DNA of 60,537 nt, counting the filler, from Asterionella formosa (Eukaryota), in assembly GCA_002256025.1 (NCBI GenBank). It is 7 parts of 7 records of this genome, joined end to end, with 100 filler letters (N's around TTAATTAATTAA, not from the genome) between each part and the next. Parts side by side here need not be neighbours in the genome. Positions count along the whole stretch, not along the records: positions 8,676 to 17,263 come from NKIB01012015.1; positions 17,364 to 25,931 come from NKIB01012025.1; 5 more parts are not named here. One strand, given 5' to 3'. The position numbers were made by a program, and so were the translations under genes. The notes beneath the pieces are model-generated. The model did not search any database and had not been told where the DNA came from. It saw only the letters and a program-made list of their open reading frames with translations. This document shows, piece after piece, positions 11,381 to 24,050 of this stretch. The first letter of the stretch is position 1. Every line of letters starts with the position of its first letter.

Positions 11381-11657
11381 GATGATGACGCGGAAAACGA
11401 AAGTGATAATACAGCACAATGATACTTGCGGCTTAGAAGAGAAGGGCGGAATCAATTGATGGTAAGGCAAGAGCAAATGCCTTTCATGTTCCTTGTCATG
11501 CTGCATCGCTCCACTTCCTGAAATGAAGGATCTCAAGCAACACATGATGCGAAAAACTGAAGTGACAATACAGCACGATAAGAATGAGTGAATATGATGG
11601 AGAAGGGCGGAATCAACAAGCTGTGCATAGCATCACGGTTTGTCAAGAGCAAATGCC
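11381..11657. repeat. Degenerate ~160-bp duplication
   Basis: AAGTGA.AATACAGCAC, GAGAAGGGCGGAATCAA and CAAGAGCAAATGCC each occur twice. Confidence 0.6.
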
Positions 11658-12639
11658 AAGATGATCAATTGCTGGGATTACAAATACGGAATGACTCGTC
11701 CCCTTTCAGTGATTCAATAGCTCCTTTTCGATTTGGTGGCTGGCCAACCATCAATGTGGACAAAAGAAATCGGTAAGTGCTGCCTATCAGCCATCTTTGG
11801 ATCAATCTACAACTGTTAGAAAAACTGACACATATGTGTTGCTTCTTTCAGGATAATGGTAGACAAACAGTATTTGTAAGTTACAAACAGCAATGTTGGA
11901 GCCCATTTATTGATAGATACTTTGCTTCTCATTCAATCTTCGACTGACACATTTTTCTACAGAAATATGCATCAGTTACCTCCTCAATTTGTGGTAAGTG
12001 AAGGCAGATAGAAGCGAAATGCATGTTGTTGTGTAAGCAAAACATGAACAGCTAACAATGAATTGCTTCTCTTTCTTGTTAGGATGGCTGATTGGAACAA
12101 CGAAACGGATTTAATAGTGCGTGAATGCAAACTCAGAACCCTCAGGAGTAAATGGAACAAAGGAAGCAGGGTAACAACGACAAGACAACCAGTACAACAA
12201 CCTTCAGAATTGGATTTGGGGGAATGTGGAAGTGAAAGTGAAAGCTGAAGCACCAATCATTGCGATGAGAGCATTGTAGAACATTCTGTAGCCACTCAAG
12301 ATATAGAAACATAAAACCATTCTTAAATACAGTTCTAAATTTCGATCAATTTCATCCTATTTTAGACAGTGATATTGATGAGAATTACGATCATGTTAAG
12401 ATAGATGTATGACAAAAGTATACACATCATACTAGTATGACCATGTTTAACTAATTATATGATGCAATGGTATTATAACTATGATAGTCTCATCATACTT
12501 CAAGCTCGGTAAAAGTTTACTGCATGATCATAATCATATGATACATTGATCATATTTTTGATCGAAAAACTATCATATATTTGAAAATCCTGTGCCACTT
12601 AGCGTACAATACCCTTGATCATATTTTCATGATTTTTTT

Positions 12640-15600
12640 TCCAGATGTTTCCTCCCCAAGACTTTAGCAATTTCATTTCTGTCCCCTCTCAGGAGATATA
12701 TTTCGGCATTTTTCAATTTGTGTGGGCCTGAAACAATTTCTCCTGTGTTATCAGTGGGATTAAGAGAAACAGCATGGTCATCCATATCTTGTGGGTGAAA
12801 TGGTTCTTCCATTTCTTCATTAGGGGCATTATGGATGATTGTTTCATCAAATGCTGAATAGATGTCCGCAATCTCCTTGTCAAAATTCAGTCTCATATTC
12901 TGTTCAGTGGCATCGGTCCACTCCTCTTTTGTTATGGTTTGAACTGTGGATCTGGCAATAATCCTTCCATTCTGCTTCAACACATAATAGCACATTGCCT
13001 GTCCTACATTTTCTGCAACACCAAGCCATCTTCCAAGATCATTTTCTGTCCCTCCTCCTCTAACGTTGTGGTATTTTACCCAGCCATAGTAATCGAAATG
13101 TAAATATTCAGATTTATCTGGTGTGATGCCAGTCAGCTTTTCAATTGGGGTGCATTCATTTGTCAGATGACATGACATTCGTTCTCTGATTTGCAAAGTA
13201 TATTCAATACTATAGTCCCAAAACCGTTCAGGGCATTTGGATCTATGCATAATATGCCTGAAATGTCGTTTTAGTTCTTGTATCTCTCGTTCAGCACGAT
13301 TCTGCCAAGGAGAATGTGGTTCTGTTGTCCTTTGTTGGAATAGGTATGTCTTTCGCACTCGTTCCCAGTCTGAACCTGTTTCTTCCCCTGCGTTATCAGA
13401 CACCAGGAACAGGGGTATCCCAATGGTGGAACAGTACTAGAGGTCAAGCTTATCAAAGGCCTGCCCCTTGCTTGACAGCGGGTAAATACGGGAATGTCCA
13501 TCGTCTGTCACAAATAACTGTGCACAGTTATTCCCACGTACACTGGTTGTGTCATTGAAAAGTGTATCGGTAAAGACTCCAGTGCGAAGGTGGGGGTATT
13601 GCATATGAGCCTTTCGGGTTCTGAAACGGCGTATAAATTGGTCTTCAATGTATCTCCAACCCCGCTGTGTAGTGGAATCAAGGGTTTTCATGGCTAAAGG
13701 TTCACTGATTCCCCATTGCCGGGACAAGGTGGAGGAGTCAACTTGAGAGCGCCGATTCATGCTGGATGTATTGGCAACATATCGGTTGTGCATAAAATCA
13801 TAACATTCAAGAAGATGTAAAGGTGGGAGATGACCAGTACCTAAAGTTGCTGAGGCTGATACGAGACCTATGGTAGCATGGGACAGGTATGGGCGTTCTT
13901 GTTCAGTGAAACGTGGGTCATAAGGATTCCATTCTTGTTCACTGGTCATCTCAATCCAGCAACAGTTTTGCAATTCGGATGTGGTTGGGAGCCGAACTGG
14001 GAAATAAGAGGTACAGCCATGAAGCTGGAATGGAATAGAGATACCAGACAAGGGGTCATGAATGCCATGGAAGGAGTTGTTGGAATATTGACGGGGAAGT
14101 GGGTCACAGAGTAACCCATTATCACAAACTTGTTGCGGAGGGATCAGTGAGGTCTCCATTGTCTTGCCAAAATAGAGGGCTTCATTGAAAACAAGGATTA
14201 AAGTTTCTTGATCTGCGGTGTCATAAGCAGTTGCAACCTGTGCTATGGGGACACCTGTAATGGCGCCCAGATCACTATGAAAACCGCTTACATCTGCGAT
14301 GCGACCGCTTTGATGAATTAATGCAAAACCTTGGCCTGCACACACAGTATCTGCCCTAGTATCAATTTCAGCCTTGAACCGGCCTTGTTAGTCATCAGAT
14401 TCCTGGAGTTTATTTAGGCGACCAAAGTGGCGATTATTTGTCACAATGGCACCCATGTTCCGCCTATGACCAAAATTCTGTGAGGCATTTGATGGGATGC
14501 CAGTCATGCTTGGGCTAGGGATCCCAGAGGGTAGCGTGTTTTGAGAAATACCACTAACCATAGATGCTGTTTCTGTATTGGTGGTGCTTGCCCCCACTGT
14601 TCTTTCATTTTGGTGTGCTGGCGAAGTTGCAGTATCAGCTTGACATAATGCATCCGGGCCCTGTAACATGTACCAACTTTGTTGAGGAGTCAGGGAATTC
14701 AGAACCTCTTGTGGGATATAGTCGGAATTTTGTTCTCAACCGCAGCCTTGGCCTGTCGTCCCAGCATAGCGACCATGTCCCCTGCCAGCATTGTGTTGGT
14801 ATCTCCCTCCCCTGTTGTTGTGACGGCCTCTGCTGTTCCGTCCCCGTCCTCCATCACGGTGATTGTATATGTTTGTATTACCAAGAGTTCGCTCATCTTG
14901 GCTTCTATTATTGGTGTTGAATGCTGCAGGTTTTTGATTGATTCCACAAATCTTTCATTTTAATAACTGCAGCTTGTAAATCTGCTTTTGTCTTGTCATT
15001 GGTGTCCATGATAAGAAACTTTAGGCCTTGCATGCTGGGATGTTTGATGCAATCTAGGAAATTTCGAACCTGAGGGAAGCCGTCACGTCCCACATTTAAT
15101 TCTTCCATCTCACTGTTTGATGTAATGTGAATAGAACAGTATTGTTCAAATGTGAATTGAGAACGGTCATCTGGAGATATCCTGCAAGATCAATTGATTG
15201 ACTTGTGCTTCATTTAGTTGCACAACCTGTAGGAGGCAGGGTGTCTCGAAAATGAACCTCCTCACCATCCGTTAATTTGTTCTTCATCCAATTTTTTCTT
15301 TTTTTTCTTTTGCCATACACCTCGTATGCTTGGTCCAGTGACCTGTCACTCCTAAATGGGTGATCTTCTCTTAACAGTAAGATTCTGTAAATGGATGTTT
15401 CGTAGTGGTGTAAACCAGTGCCAGGAATCTCAGTTGTCCCCAACTGGTGTTGTGACAAACGTAAGAGCGTAACTCACGCTCAATGCTGGCGCCCAGTCAA
15501 CAAACGGCGTCACAATCGATTTCAAATCGAATTCGTTCACTACTCTTTTCTGAGTCTTGTGGGTCTGATAAACTGTCCAGATCTCGCTTCTGTGATAGAC

Positions 15601-15921
15601 AATTTAAACGATTACAATCGGTGTAAGGAGGTGAGGACGATGGTGAAAGGTTAAAGAAAGATGTAAAAAACTATAAAGTTACACAAAGTAAAAGCAAAAT
15701 AAAGTCAAGGGCACAAGAGAAACAGAATATAGGAGACACATCAGAATTTGGGTGACGCATCAGAATTTTCGTCTGTCTGTCTCCAAAATACACATAGATA
15801 TGAAGAGATTAACAAACTGGTTCTTTAGCTTATCAATCGTTGTCTATTGATTCGAGGTTATAAGAGCTGCCTATCTCACTGCCCCCTTCATAAGAATGAC
15901 TGAAATCAGTTGCCAATAACA
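12640..15921 (-). mobile_element. Degenerate 3'-truncated Copia (CoDi-like): putative LTR, gag remnant, protease, integrase
   Basis: Protease AEIDTRADTVCAG at ~14340-14375. Integrase TDTLF...SDNAGEE...TEPHSPWQNRAEREIQELK, then LGRWLGVA and IIARSTVQ. Frameshifted. Candidate LTR TGTTA (15921)...TATCA (~15586) contains a GAC.CATCAGAATTT tandem. Confidence 0.88.
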
Positions 15922-17263
15922 TGCGAGAACTATGGCTCGTTCTGATTGCATCAATATTTGGTGTGGCCGCCTACACTGTTGCTTTTGGAATCACAGCAAT
16001 CAGTACTTCTGATTTGTCCAATGATGCACCCATCAGTGATTCAATCGATACCAAATTTTTTTGGTTTCCCAAGCTTGTCGTTGCAATGGTCCCTGTCAAG
16101 CCAATCATCAAAACCAAATCATTTGAAGGGACGAAAAATAATTCATGAACCGAAAATTCCATGGACGACAAAGCAGATGATTCAGCCACAAACACAACAT
16201 CGTTCCCTAATTCAACGTTTCAACCCTCTGGCGAGCCATATGATTTTGCTGCCTGCCTTTTGATGAAAGACGACAATGTCATTCTACCTGAGTGGCTGGC
16301 ATACCACTATCAAGTTCTTCCTCTTCGGCATTTGATTATTGGGTTGGACCCATTTTCTCTCACGTCGCCAAATAAGATTGTCGAGGAGTACAGAAAGGAA
16401 GGGATGGATATTACCATTTGGAATGAGGATAACTTCATTTTTAATGGGAAACAACGATGGAATCTTCGAGTCTTTGCGAATAATTCGCATGATGATAAAG
16501 TAGCAGGATATCTGTGGCGACAACGAGCTTTTATGACCTGGTGCATACAAGAATTCAACCGTAGAGGTGTCCGATGGACAACGTTTATATATACCGATGA
16601 ATATCTTGTCTACAATCATTATCACCAGGAATCCGAAGATTATTAGGTGCGACTTGTCCGCCCGAGAACTATACCTAAATTCTATGTTTCAAATGCTTGC
16701 CTAATCCTACCTCTGACTCTGTTTATTTTGCTCCTTCGAACCCAGTGTCTGAGTCCGAAAGCTCCATTTCAATTTTGCCGCGATTCTGTTTTTCGAGACT
16801 CAATCCGGAATGGAACGCATCTAAGGAATAGATTACCATCGGTGGGAGAAAAGACGGTTGCGTGATTTCTCTTCGAGCTGCAGCAAGAGCATCATTCTGT
16901 CATTGCATATGCCATGAAGCCCTGTATTGGCCCTGAAGAAAGTTTACCCAAGTACGTATTCAACCACTTGGTGTATGGACTAGATCCAATGAGTTTTCGT
17001 ACGCTTAGTTATAGAAAATTCAAAAACAAGCGATTGCCATACACTGGCAAGAGTGTGATGGATGCAATGGGTTATTCGGGGAGATATAAAATTGTAAATA
17101 ATCCCCACAAGATTTTCCCATTATTATGTACAGGTGAAGCATTCCCGGATTTTTCGTCTGCTTTGCTGAAAGTAATTCATTATACTGGGTCATTCGAAAC
17201 TTTTGCAAGGCATCGAGGCAATAACTTCACGGCAATTATGCAGGTATGTGTCCAAAAATGTCA
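15921..17263 (+). pseudogene. GT-A fold glycosyltransferase (GT92/Glyco_tranf_2_4-like) pseudogene, truncated by the gap
   Basis: N-terminal membrane anchor; AACLLMKDDNVILPEWLAYHY...LIIGLDP; DxDE motif altered to YTDE. In-frame stops at 16146, 16644 and 16863. Probable intron 16647-16745. Confidence 0.75.
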
Positions 17264-17402
17264 NNNNNNNNNNNNNNNNNNNNNNNNNNNNNNNNNNNNN
17301 NNNNNNNTTAATTAATTAANNNNNNNNNNNNNNNNNNNNNNNNNNNNNNNNNNNNNNNNNNNNTTTCACACGCATTTCAACAATGTAGCTTTTTGTTTTT
17401 TC

Positions 17403-17700
17403 AATGAAAACCCGTTATCAGGCACAACTCCAGTCAATGCCAAAACCGGAACAACAACAGCAACAATGAATGAAAAGGTGGGCACAGGTACAACTCCTGT
17501 GGATGTGGAAACTGGAGCAACGACAGCAACAAGGAATGAAAAGGCGGGCACTGGTACAACTCCTGCCAATGCGGAAACTGGAGCAACGACAACAACAAGG
17601 AATGAAAAGGCGGGCACAGGTACAACTCCAGTCGATGCAGAAACTGGAGCAACGGCTGCAACAAGGAATGAAAAGGCAACAGTAGCAGGAAAAACTCCAA
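17403..17700 (+). repeat. 66-bp (22-codon) tandem repeat, ~4.5 copies, Thr/Ala/Gly-rich on the + strand
   Basis: AATGAAAA at 17403, 17469, 17535, 17601 and 17667; unit NEKAGTGTTPVDAETGATTATR; ORF ends at 17843. Confidence 0.9.
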
Positions 17701-18773
17701 AAGCGGAAGCCAGAAGAACAACTGCAACATGGGCTGCAAAGAGAATCGAAAATGCTAAATCAAGAACAAAGAAGAAGACTGCAAGAATTACAGCAGGAAC
17801 AAAGAAGGAAAAGTACACATCAAGTTTCACACCAATAGTTTGATCATGTCTCTGCCAGAAACATGGCTACTGACCCCTTCTTGATTCCCAATATGCACAA
17901 GAAAAATGATTATATGGCAGAACAAAATTAATGCTTAGATTATGGCTCGCTCTGTACCTGGTACCAGGTACCCTAAAAACCCTGATAGGAATGGAGCAAG
18001 CACCAAATATTTGTGTCTATTATTCCTTGTCTGCATCATGTGTATTGATCGAAAAAATTCTCTCCGGAAATGCAACCTGGTTAATTTATTTAGCTGTTCC
18101 TCCTTTATACTCATTGCCAAGATGTTGCTCACTGCTACCATATGTAGGTCAACAAGACATCGATGTACTGGTAGGCTGGCCAAAAACATTCACTAGCCCT
18201 AATCAATCCACATTTATCGCTATCTAGTGTACTATACAAATACTCAGCTTAATGTGCTACACCAGTACCAGGTACTGTACACAACCATCAACCTAACCGA
18301 AATAGCCTTCTCCACCCCCTTCTTGCTTAGACTAATTTTGACTGCTCTACAGGGGAAAGGTTTGCAAAATACATATCTACCAGCCACTATATTAAAATTG
18401 GCTGGCCTACAGTTAGGCTAGTGGTCTATGAACATGATATTTTTAAGCATTTGCATGTGAAAATAATCAAACTTTATGGAGTTTCTTAGGTTGCACAGTG
18501 GTGTGGTTAGACCTATCAGGGGCAATCACAACTGATTGAACTGGTGTGGTGTGTTCATAACTGCACGAGAATAGGTTGACAAATTGTGTGATAAAGGTGG
18601 ACCTTAAGCGAGTTTGGCCAAGTTGTTCTAATTCTAGGTTGAATGTTCTTTTGTTTCAAGTGATGGGAATGCAACAGGAAACGAACTTCATTGTGTTCCT
18701 CCTCTGATCAAACAAGAATTCCGCCAACCTTGGCGAGTATGACATAGAAATGCTTAACATGATTTTGTCTCTG

Positions 18774-19784
18774 TTAATCCAGTTCATCCATTGCAGAATT
18801 TGATTCAAGTGGCGTTGAACGTGCTGCTTGGTGCCTGTGGCGAGGCTCAGCAGCTTGTGCGGCCAACTCGTGTTTTTCCTCTGTTATCGCTGTTGTTTCC
18901 TCTGTACACGTTTCAGTTTGGCTCCTCATGAAGTTCTCTCGAAATTGACGGTCCTCTTCCTCGCGTTGTCGTCGTTCTTCTTCCTTTTTCGCTTTCTTCA
19001 CTGCTTTCCTCGCCACCTTATCGTCGAAGGTCTGGTCTTCTCTTGCCTGTTTCCGTTGGCGCTTCATGGAAGCCTTGAGTGCTCGGCCAACCCAGCCTTC
19101 TAGAAAGCTATGTAAGAATCTGAAGGCCCACGTTATGATCATAGGACCAACATTGATACCATAACTTGATAATGAACCTTGACTTATTGGTCCGCCCATT
19201 AAGGCTGCAGGTCTAATTGGTATGTTCGGAATCGGAAAGAAGTACTTGGACGTCATGACCCAACTCAGCAGTACACTTCCAGTCAACCAAATCTGCAACA
19301 TGTCTAGAGCACCCATCAGCAGCACACCAATACATCCTTGCACGCTTTTCAGCTCCATACATCGTTTTGCTTCATATATCTTTCGGTCACTATATACTAC
19401 AAGATTGACAGTAGCAACGTCATATAAATGATTCAATAGAGGCCAAAACAACAGTAATGCTCCGAGAATTATGGCAATGACGATTGCTTTCCACCTCAAG
19501 TTTCGGTTTGCTTTCGCGAGTTCCACCTGTTTGTCCTTGTGCTCCTCAAATGCTAGTGCTTGGATCAAGTCTTTCTTGTCGATCATTCTTGCAAGTTCGT
19601 CGGGAGTATAGCCGTGTTGGCGAGTCAAACGCCTTTTGATATCCCTGACTCTCATAGAAGAGACTTCTTGCATAGATAGAGTGCTACTTCTGTAAAGTAC
19701 GGGCCACTCCCAGGCCGAGGTGCCATGAAGAATTACGCATATCAAGATCAGCAATTGTAGAGCGAAAGATATCGGACGTTTCAT
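18774..19784 (-). CDS. Hypothetical membrane protein: signal peptide, SAP/ARMET-C-like helix motif, TM segments, charged coiled-coil tail
   Basis: Intact 336-aa ORF; hydrophobic N-terminus ending TSA-W; MRVRDIKRRL...MIDKKDLI motif; several hydrophobic stretches. Confidence 0.8.
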   Translation of the reverse strand: MKRPISFALQLLILICVILHGTSAWEWPVLYRSSTLSMQEVSSMRVRDIKRRLTRQHGYTPDELARMIDKKDLIQALAFEEHKDKQVELAKANRNLRWKAIVIAIILGALLLFWPLLNHLYDVATVNLVVYSDRKIYEAKRCMELKSVQGCIGVLLMGALDMLQIWLTGSVLLSWVMTSKYFFPIPNIPIRPAALMGGPISQGSLSSYGINVGPMIITWAFRFLHSFLEGWVGRALKASMKRQRKQAREDQTFDDKVARKAVKKAKKEEERRQREEEDRQFRENFMRSQTETCTEETTAITEEKHELAAQAAEPRHRHQAARSTPLESNSAMDELD

Positions 19785-20968
19785 GATGTATGATATTGGA
19801 TTGACTCGTCAGTCGTTGATTAGTTACTAAGGCAATACCGATAGACATCTGCCAGGGGGAGTACGGCACTGCCTAGTATGGATGGATGATGGATTATGTT
19901 GGCAAATATGAACAACGGCACGGCATGAAGGTACTACGACCAGAAATGGCAACTGGCAACGCAACTGATTCGTTGACTTTGTATGCTTACCGGTATGATG
20001 AAAATGAGAAAATTAAAAAATAACAATGATCATAATGTGACGAATATTTTATGTACCACACCAACAGGTTTATTCGCGTGATGTCATAAAGCAATACCGG
20101 TAGTCTACCTAGGCTAGACTACCGGTATTACCGGTACTAAAGAAAGGTACAGTACCTCAGCGATGGTCCCAGCAAGTTGCGGTAATTTTGCTGAAATTGA
20201 TAATTTCACGCAGGACAGGCGTTGATTATGACATGCTGATTCTCCCAAACTCAATCAGTATTGTGATTAGAAAGTTGGTGACGAGATTCTAGTCCTATTG
20301 CATAATCCACATACCGTCTTGGATGACCATGGACGAGGTCCTTATACTATTATTCAAGTACATCCCAATGGCACAGACACTTTTCAATGAACTACTATGC
20401 ATATTACTGCATGAATGAATATTCATTATATCAAACCTTTTCTTAGCTGAAAGGTTTTCCCTTAGCGTGGGAGAATGAGTGATCCCACTCAACAACACAT
20501 ACACCTATAGGGTTAGGGCTACATAGATTATATCAGAATTTAATCAGGAAAGAACTCAACTAACAACCTAGAAGAATTAAACACAAGGATTAACTAATAA
20601 GCTCATATATTCAACAAATACTACTTATTCTAGTTAGATACTTCATCTGGTACTCCGGCGTCCGGAGTATCAGTTAAAAATGGCTTCGAGCCATGTCGAA
20701 TCTCATGCCTTTGAGCCACTAAATGGTATAATATTTACTTTGTATATTCATAGATATTTTCTAATTTTCCAGTTATGTCAATTTTTAGTACGACAAAGTT
20801 GTTTCTGATGTTGCGCTGGATACAACATATCTTGTTGTCGATTAGGTCTTATGTTTTAGATAATCAGACACCGGTAAATGTGTTGGAAAGTAGCAATCAG
20901 CCCAAATGTGGCAAAAACAATATTATACCATTGAGCCGGCATCTCCTGGAAAAACACAAGTGCATTTG

Positions 20969-23900
20969 CATCTAAGCTGCGTATTACTTGAAGTGACCAT
21001 CACGTAAATAAGCCTAGTTGATTTTGAATGGATCACATGAATTAGTTGAATACATCAAAATGCTTACTTGAATGTATCTATATATTATCTGAATACATCA
21101 CGTTAATTATTTGATCAGAGCATCATGCATGCATTCCTGATCATCACTATATTACGCACATGATCACCTTCACATGATTATTTGAAATACTTCGCGTAAT
21201 TATTTGAAATACTTCAATGAATTCTGTAATTTAGTTCACATTGCCTTATAATTTTGTTCACGTAATTCTATGATATAGTTCACGTAATTTTTTAAATTTG
21301 TTTACGTAATTCTGCAATTTTGTTCACGTAATTTAAAAGTACAATCAAATATGTTGATTTCTAATTCAACTGCCGGTATTTCACATTACATGGGAAACAA
21401 ATCTCGATATGCAATCAAACAAAGCAATTCTTTCAGAATGGCATCTTCAGTCTTGAGAAGGCAGGCATTATGAGACGTCTGTAAGGACAATGCAAGACAA
21501 ACAGAAGCCGTTCATTCTGAATGAAAAAATTATTCATTCTTGAACAGGCATCATGGTGCGAAATTGCAACAGGAATGTATCACACTGACTTCCTTCTTGT
21601 CCTTGAAATGACTTCATCATTGACCTGCAAAAAGATTAACATAACAACAATGTGTCAGTAATTTATTTAATAGAACCAGCAACAGCAGAAAGCAACACAC
21701 ACATGTGCTATTCAACTGAATCACGGAGCAGTGAAATTGACAGCAAGACACCGACATTAGCCACCAGGCAGCACCGCAACTCACTGATGCATTCAAAATA
21801 ATGCTCCTGTTGTGAAATGGACGGCTAAACTGTAAAATAAATGTAGACAACAATAACAAAAGCGTGTGATTTATCGCTCGCTTTGCTGATGTGATGACAA
21901 AAACTGAGGATTAAGCTTACCTTAGTAAAATCTTCCATTGCGGGTCTCCATATTGCATCGTTTCACCTTCTGTCACTCCTGCTTTCAAAAGAACGCTCCT
22001 TTTCTGAAAAGGGCTGTTCAAATGTCAAATGAATGTTGAGAACAGCAGCATATCATAATGAATAATCACTCGCTTGGTGATATGATAGCAAAAATAGCAA
22101 GCAAATAAATCTTACCTTAAAAGCATCCATTGCGGACGATCTCAATGTTGCATCATTACATCTTTTGTTGGTGCAACAAACCATATGTGAGCTGGCTGAT
22201 AAAAGATTTGTTTGCGGTGAGGCAGCTGAGAATCTGGAAGGGGGATGCTAGTTATAAGGGTCGTCCCCATGTTGAAAATAAATTGTTCACAGTGGTGTTG
22301 AATGTTGGTGTTTTTATGAATTCGGAGGGCCAAAAATCCTGGCGCAGCCATGACTTCCTCTTTGTACCAACAGAACCTACAATCTACACGAAAAAATCTG
22401 GCGCAGTCTGGCTAACAATTTCGTCGGGAAAATTTTCTGAGGCTACAAGTGTGACTTGAACAAATATGACAAGAGGGAGAGGACACAGCCAATAGTTACT
22501 CCTAATTGCATATGCACTGGATGAGCTGCCATTACCCTTGTCCTACTATAGTAAAAAAATTCGCCTGGATTTTATATTGAAAACAATCAACTGATGAGTT
22601 AACCAATTCACTTGCATGATAAATTTTTATCTGTTGTGTATTCCTCAATTATGTGTGATTCATGTATTCAGAGCATTGTAGCAACTGGGTGGCAACCCAT
22701 CAGTCCCATGCTTGTTCCGCCTAAAAAGAGCTCTTGGATCCCTCGAGTGTCATTGACTCCATATGACGTTTTCCTCCTTCTCAGTTCATCTTCTAGAATG
22801 GCTTCTGTTACTGATTTCACTCCATCTGGCCCTAATCGGTTTCCAGTCAAATACAGTTTGGTCACAGCGCACCCTCTCCTGATACCATCAGCCAACGCCA
22901 TGGCTCCTTCTTCCCCCATGTGATTCCCTGCCAAGTAGAGGCAGATCCAAACAAAGCACGTGCCCATGATCTAATCCCATCATCGCCGACTTGGTTGAAT
23001 CCAAGATCCAACGATCCCAAAGCGCGGTGTGCTGAAATCCCGACAGCCAACGTATTAAAACATACCTTCGTTGCCCAAGTTGTTGTAACCTGGTTTCTTG
23101 AGAATGAAAAGATTTGAATTCTGCAGCAGGGCCACTTTGACTAAGCGTGCGTACGATGACTGCAATCCTTGCTGTGATAATCAATCTACCAATCGTGAGT
23201 ACGGATGGAGTATTTGAGGGGGAAAAAACGTCAAGGGGTTAGAACAACTGAGCCACAACACAGCGCAAGACAACAACACGCAGTCAGGGTGCTTGTACCA
23301 GTACTTAACTTGGTTAGCTATCGTCGCATGTGTGCTTCTGATAAGCGCTGAAGGACACTCTCTCGAGTCGGCGTTGCTTTGGCGTAGTGGTGCGAGTTCA
23401 ATTTGCCAATTTTACATTGACAATGCGCACTTACTTCAGCCTACAGCGGCGATGTTTATGGTTGCATCAATTTGGTGCATGAGGATGGCGATAACTATTT
23501 TCACTGCCATTTCTTGGCTGATTCATACCTTCTCGGCATATGTACCATACATTACTTGAGTTGCATTTCGCAATGATTTATCCTCTAAAACAATTTTATC
23601 TTGAACTTTTAAAATATGTAGTTGTAACATCAACTAGTTTTGTCTTGGAAATCACTGTATGATTCTGAACCATCATATGAAAACCTCGAAGAGAAGTCTT
23701 GTTCACTATAATAGTTCATATTATTTACGTGAAGTGCACAACTATAAACTGTAGATTGTCCATGCATGAAATAAGACACCACAAATATCCTTACTATTTC
23801 ACAAATAAAGATGCGTGTAGTAAATGAATTAGCCACGAGAGCAGGATATTAATTGAACTTTGAAATGAATTATTTGAAACATCAACTAATTCAGTCTCGA

Positions 23901-24050
23901 GTTCAAAGTTCATTGTGAAAACTTCACATGAAACCGTTAAAAGTAACCTTTTTTGTGGGGAGAGTGGCCATAATTCTTGTCGAGTACCCCATCATTAACA
24001 CTCCTACGTAAATGAAATTTCGAAAAGTGGCGTATTTCGCGGCTTAGATG
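20969..24050. mobile_element. Non-autonomous TIR DNA transposon (CACTA/CMC-like) carrying an LRR gene fragment
   Basis: 19-bp TIRs CATCTAAGCTGCGTATTAC / GTATTTCGCGGCTTAGATG, TG on both flanks, subterminal TTCACGTAATT repeats, and an empty-site homolog at ~54725. Confidence 0.82.
22668..23150 (-). pseudogene. Frameshifted RNI-like (NLRC3/RanGAP-type) LRR fragment
   Basis: LGSLDLGFNQVGDDG, LYLAGNHMGEEGAMALADGI, LYLTGNRLGPDGVKSV and LFLGGTSMG in shifting frames. Confidence 0.8.

Noticed and set aside
15921..16870. Stop-codon readthrough or an alternative genetic code in the glycosyltransferase
   Set aside because: Intact genes here end in TAA, TGA and TAG normally, and the DxD motif is also mutated, so a pseudogene is the simpler explanation.
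20508..20518. Telomere-like GGGTTAGGG seeds (also ~54405)
   Set aside because: At most 1.5 units; compatible with chance.
20630..20669. Helitron 3' end (TACTCCGG-CGT-CCGGAGTA hairpin plus CTAG on the minus strand)
   Set aside because: The spacing is long, CTAG is not followed by T, and the homologous copy near 54450 lacks the hairpin.
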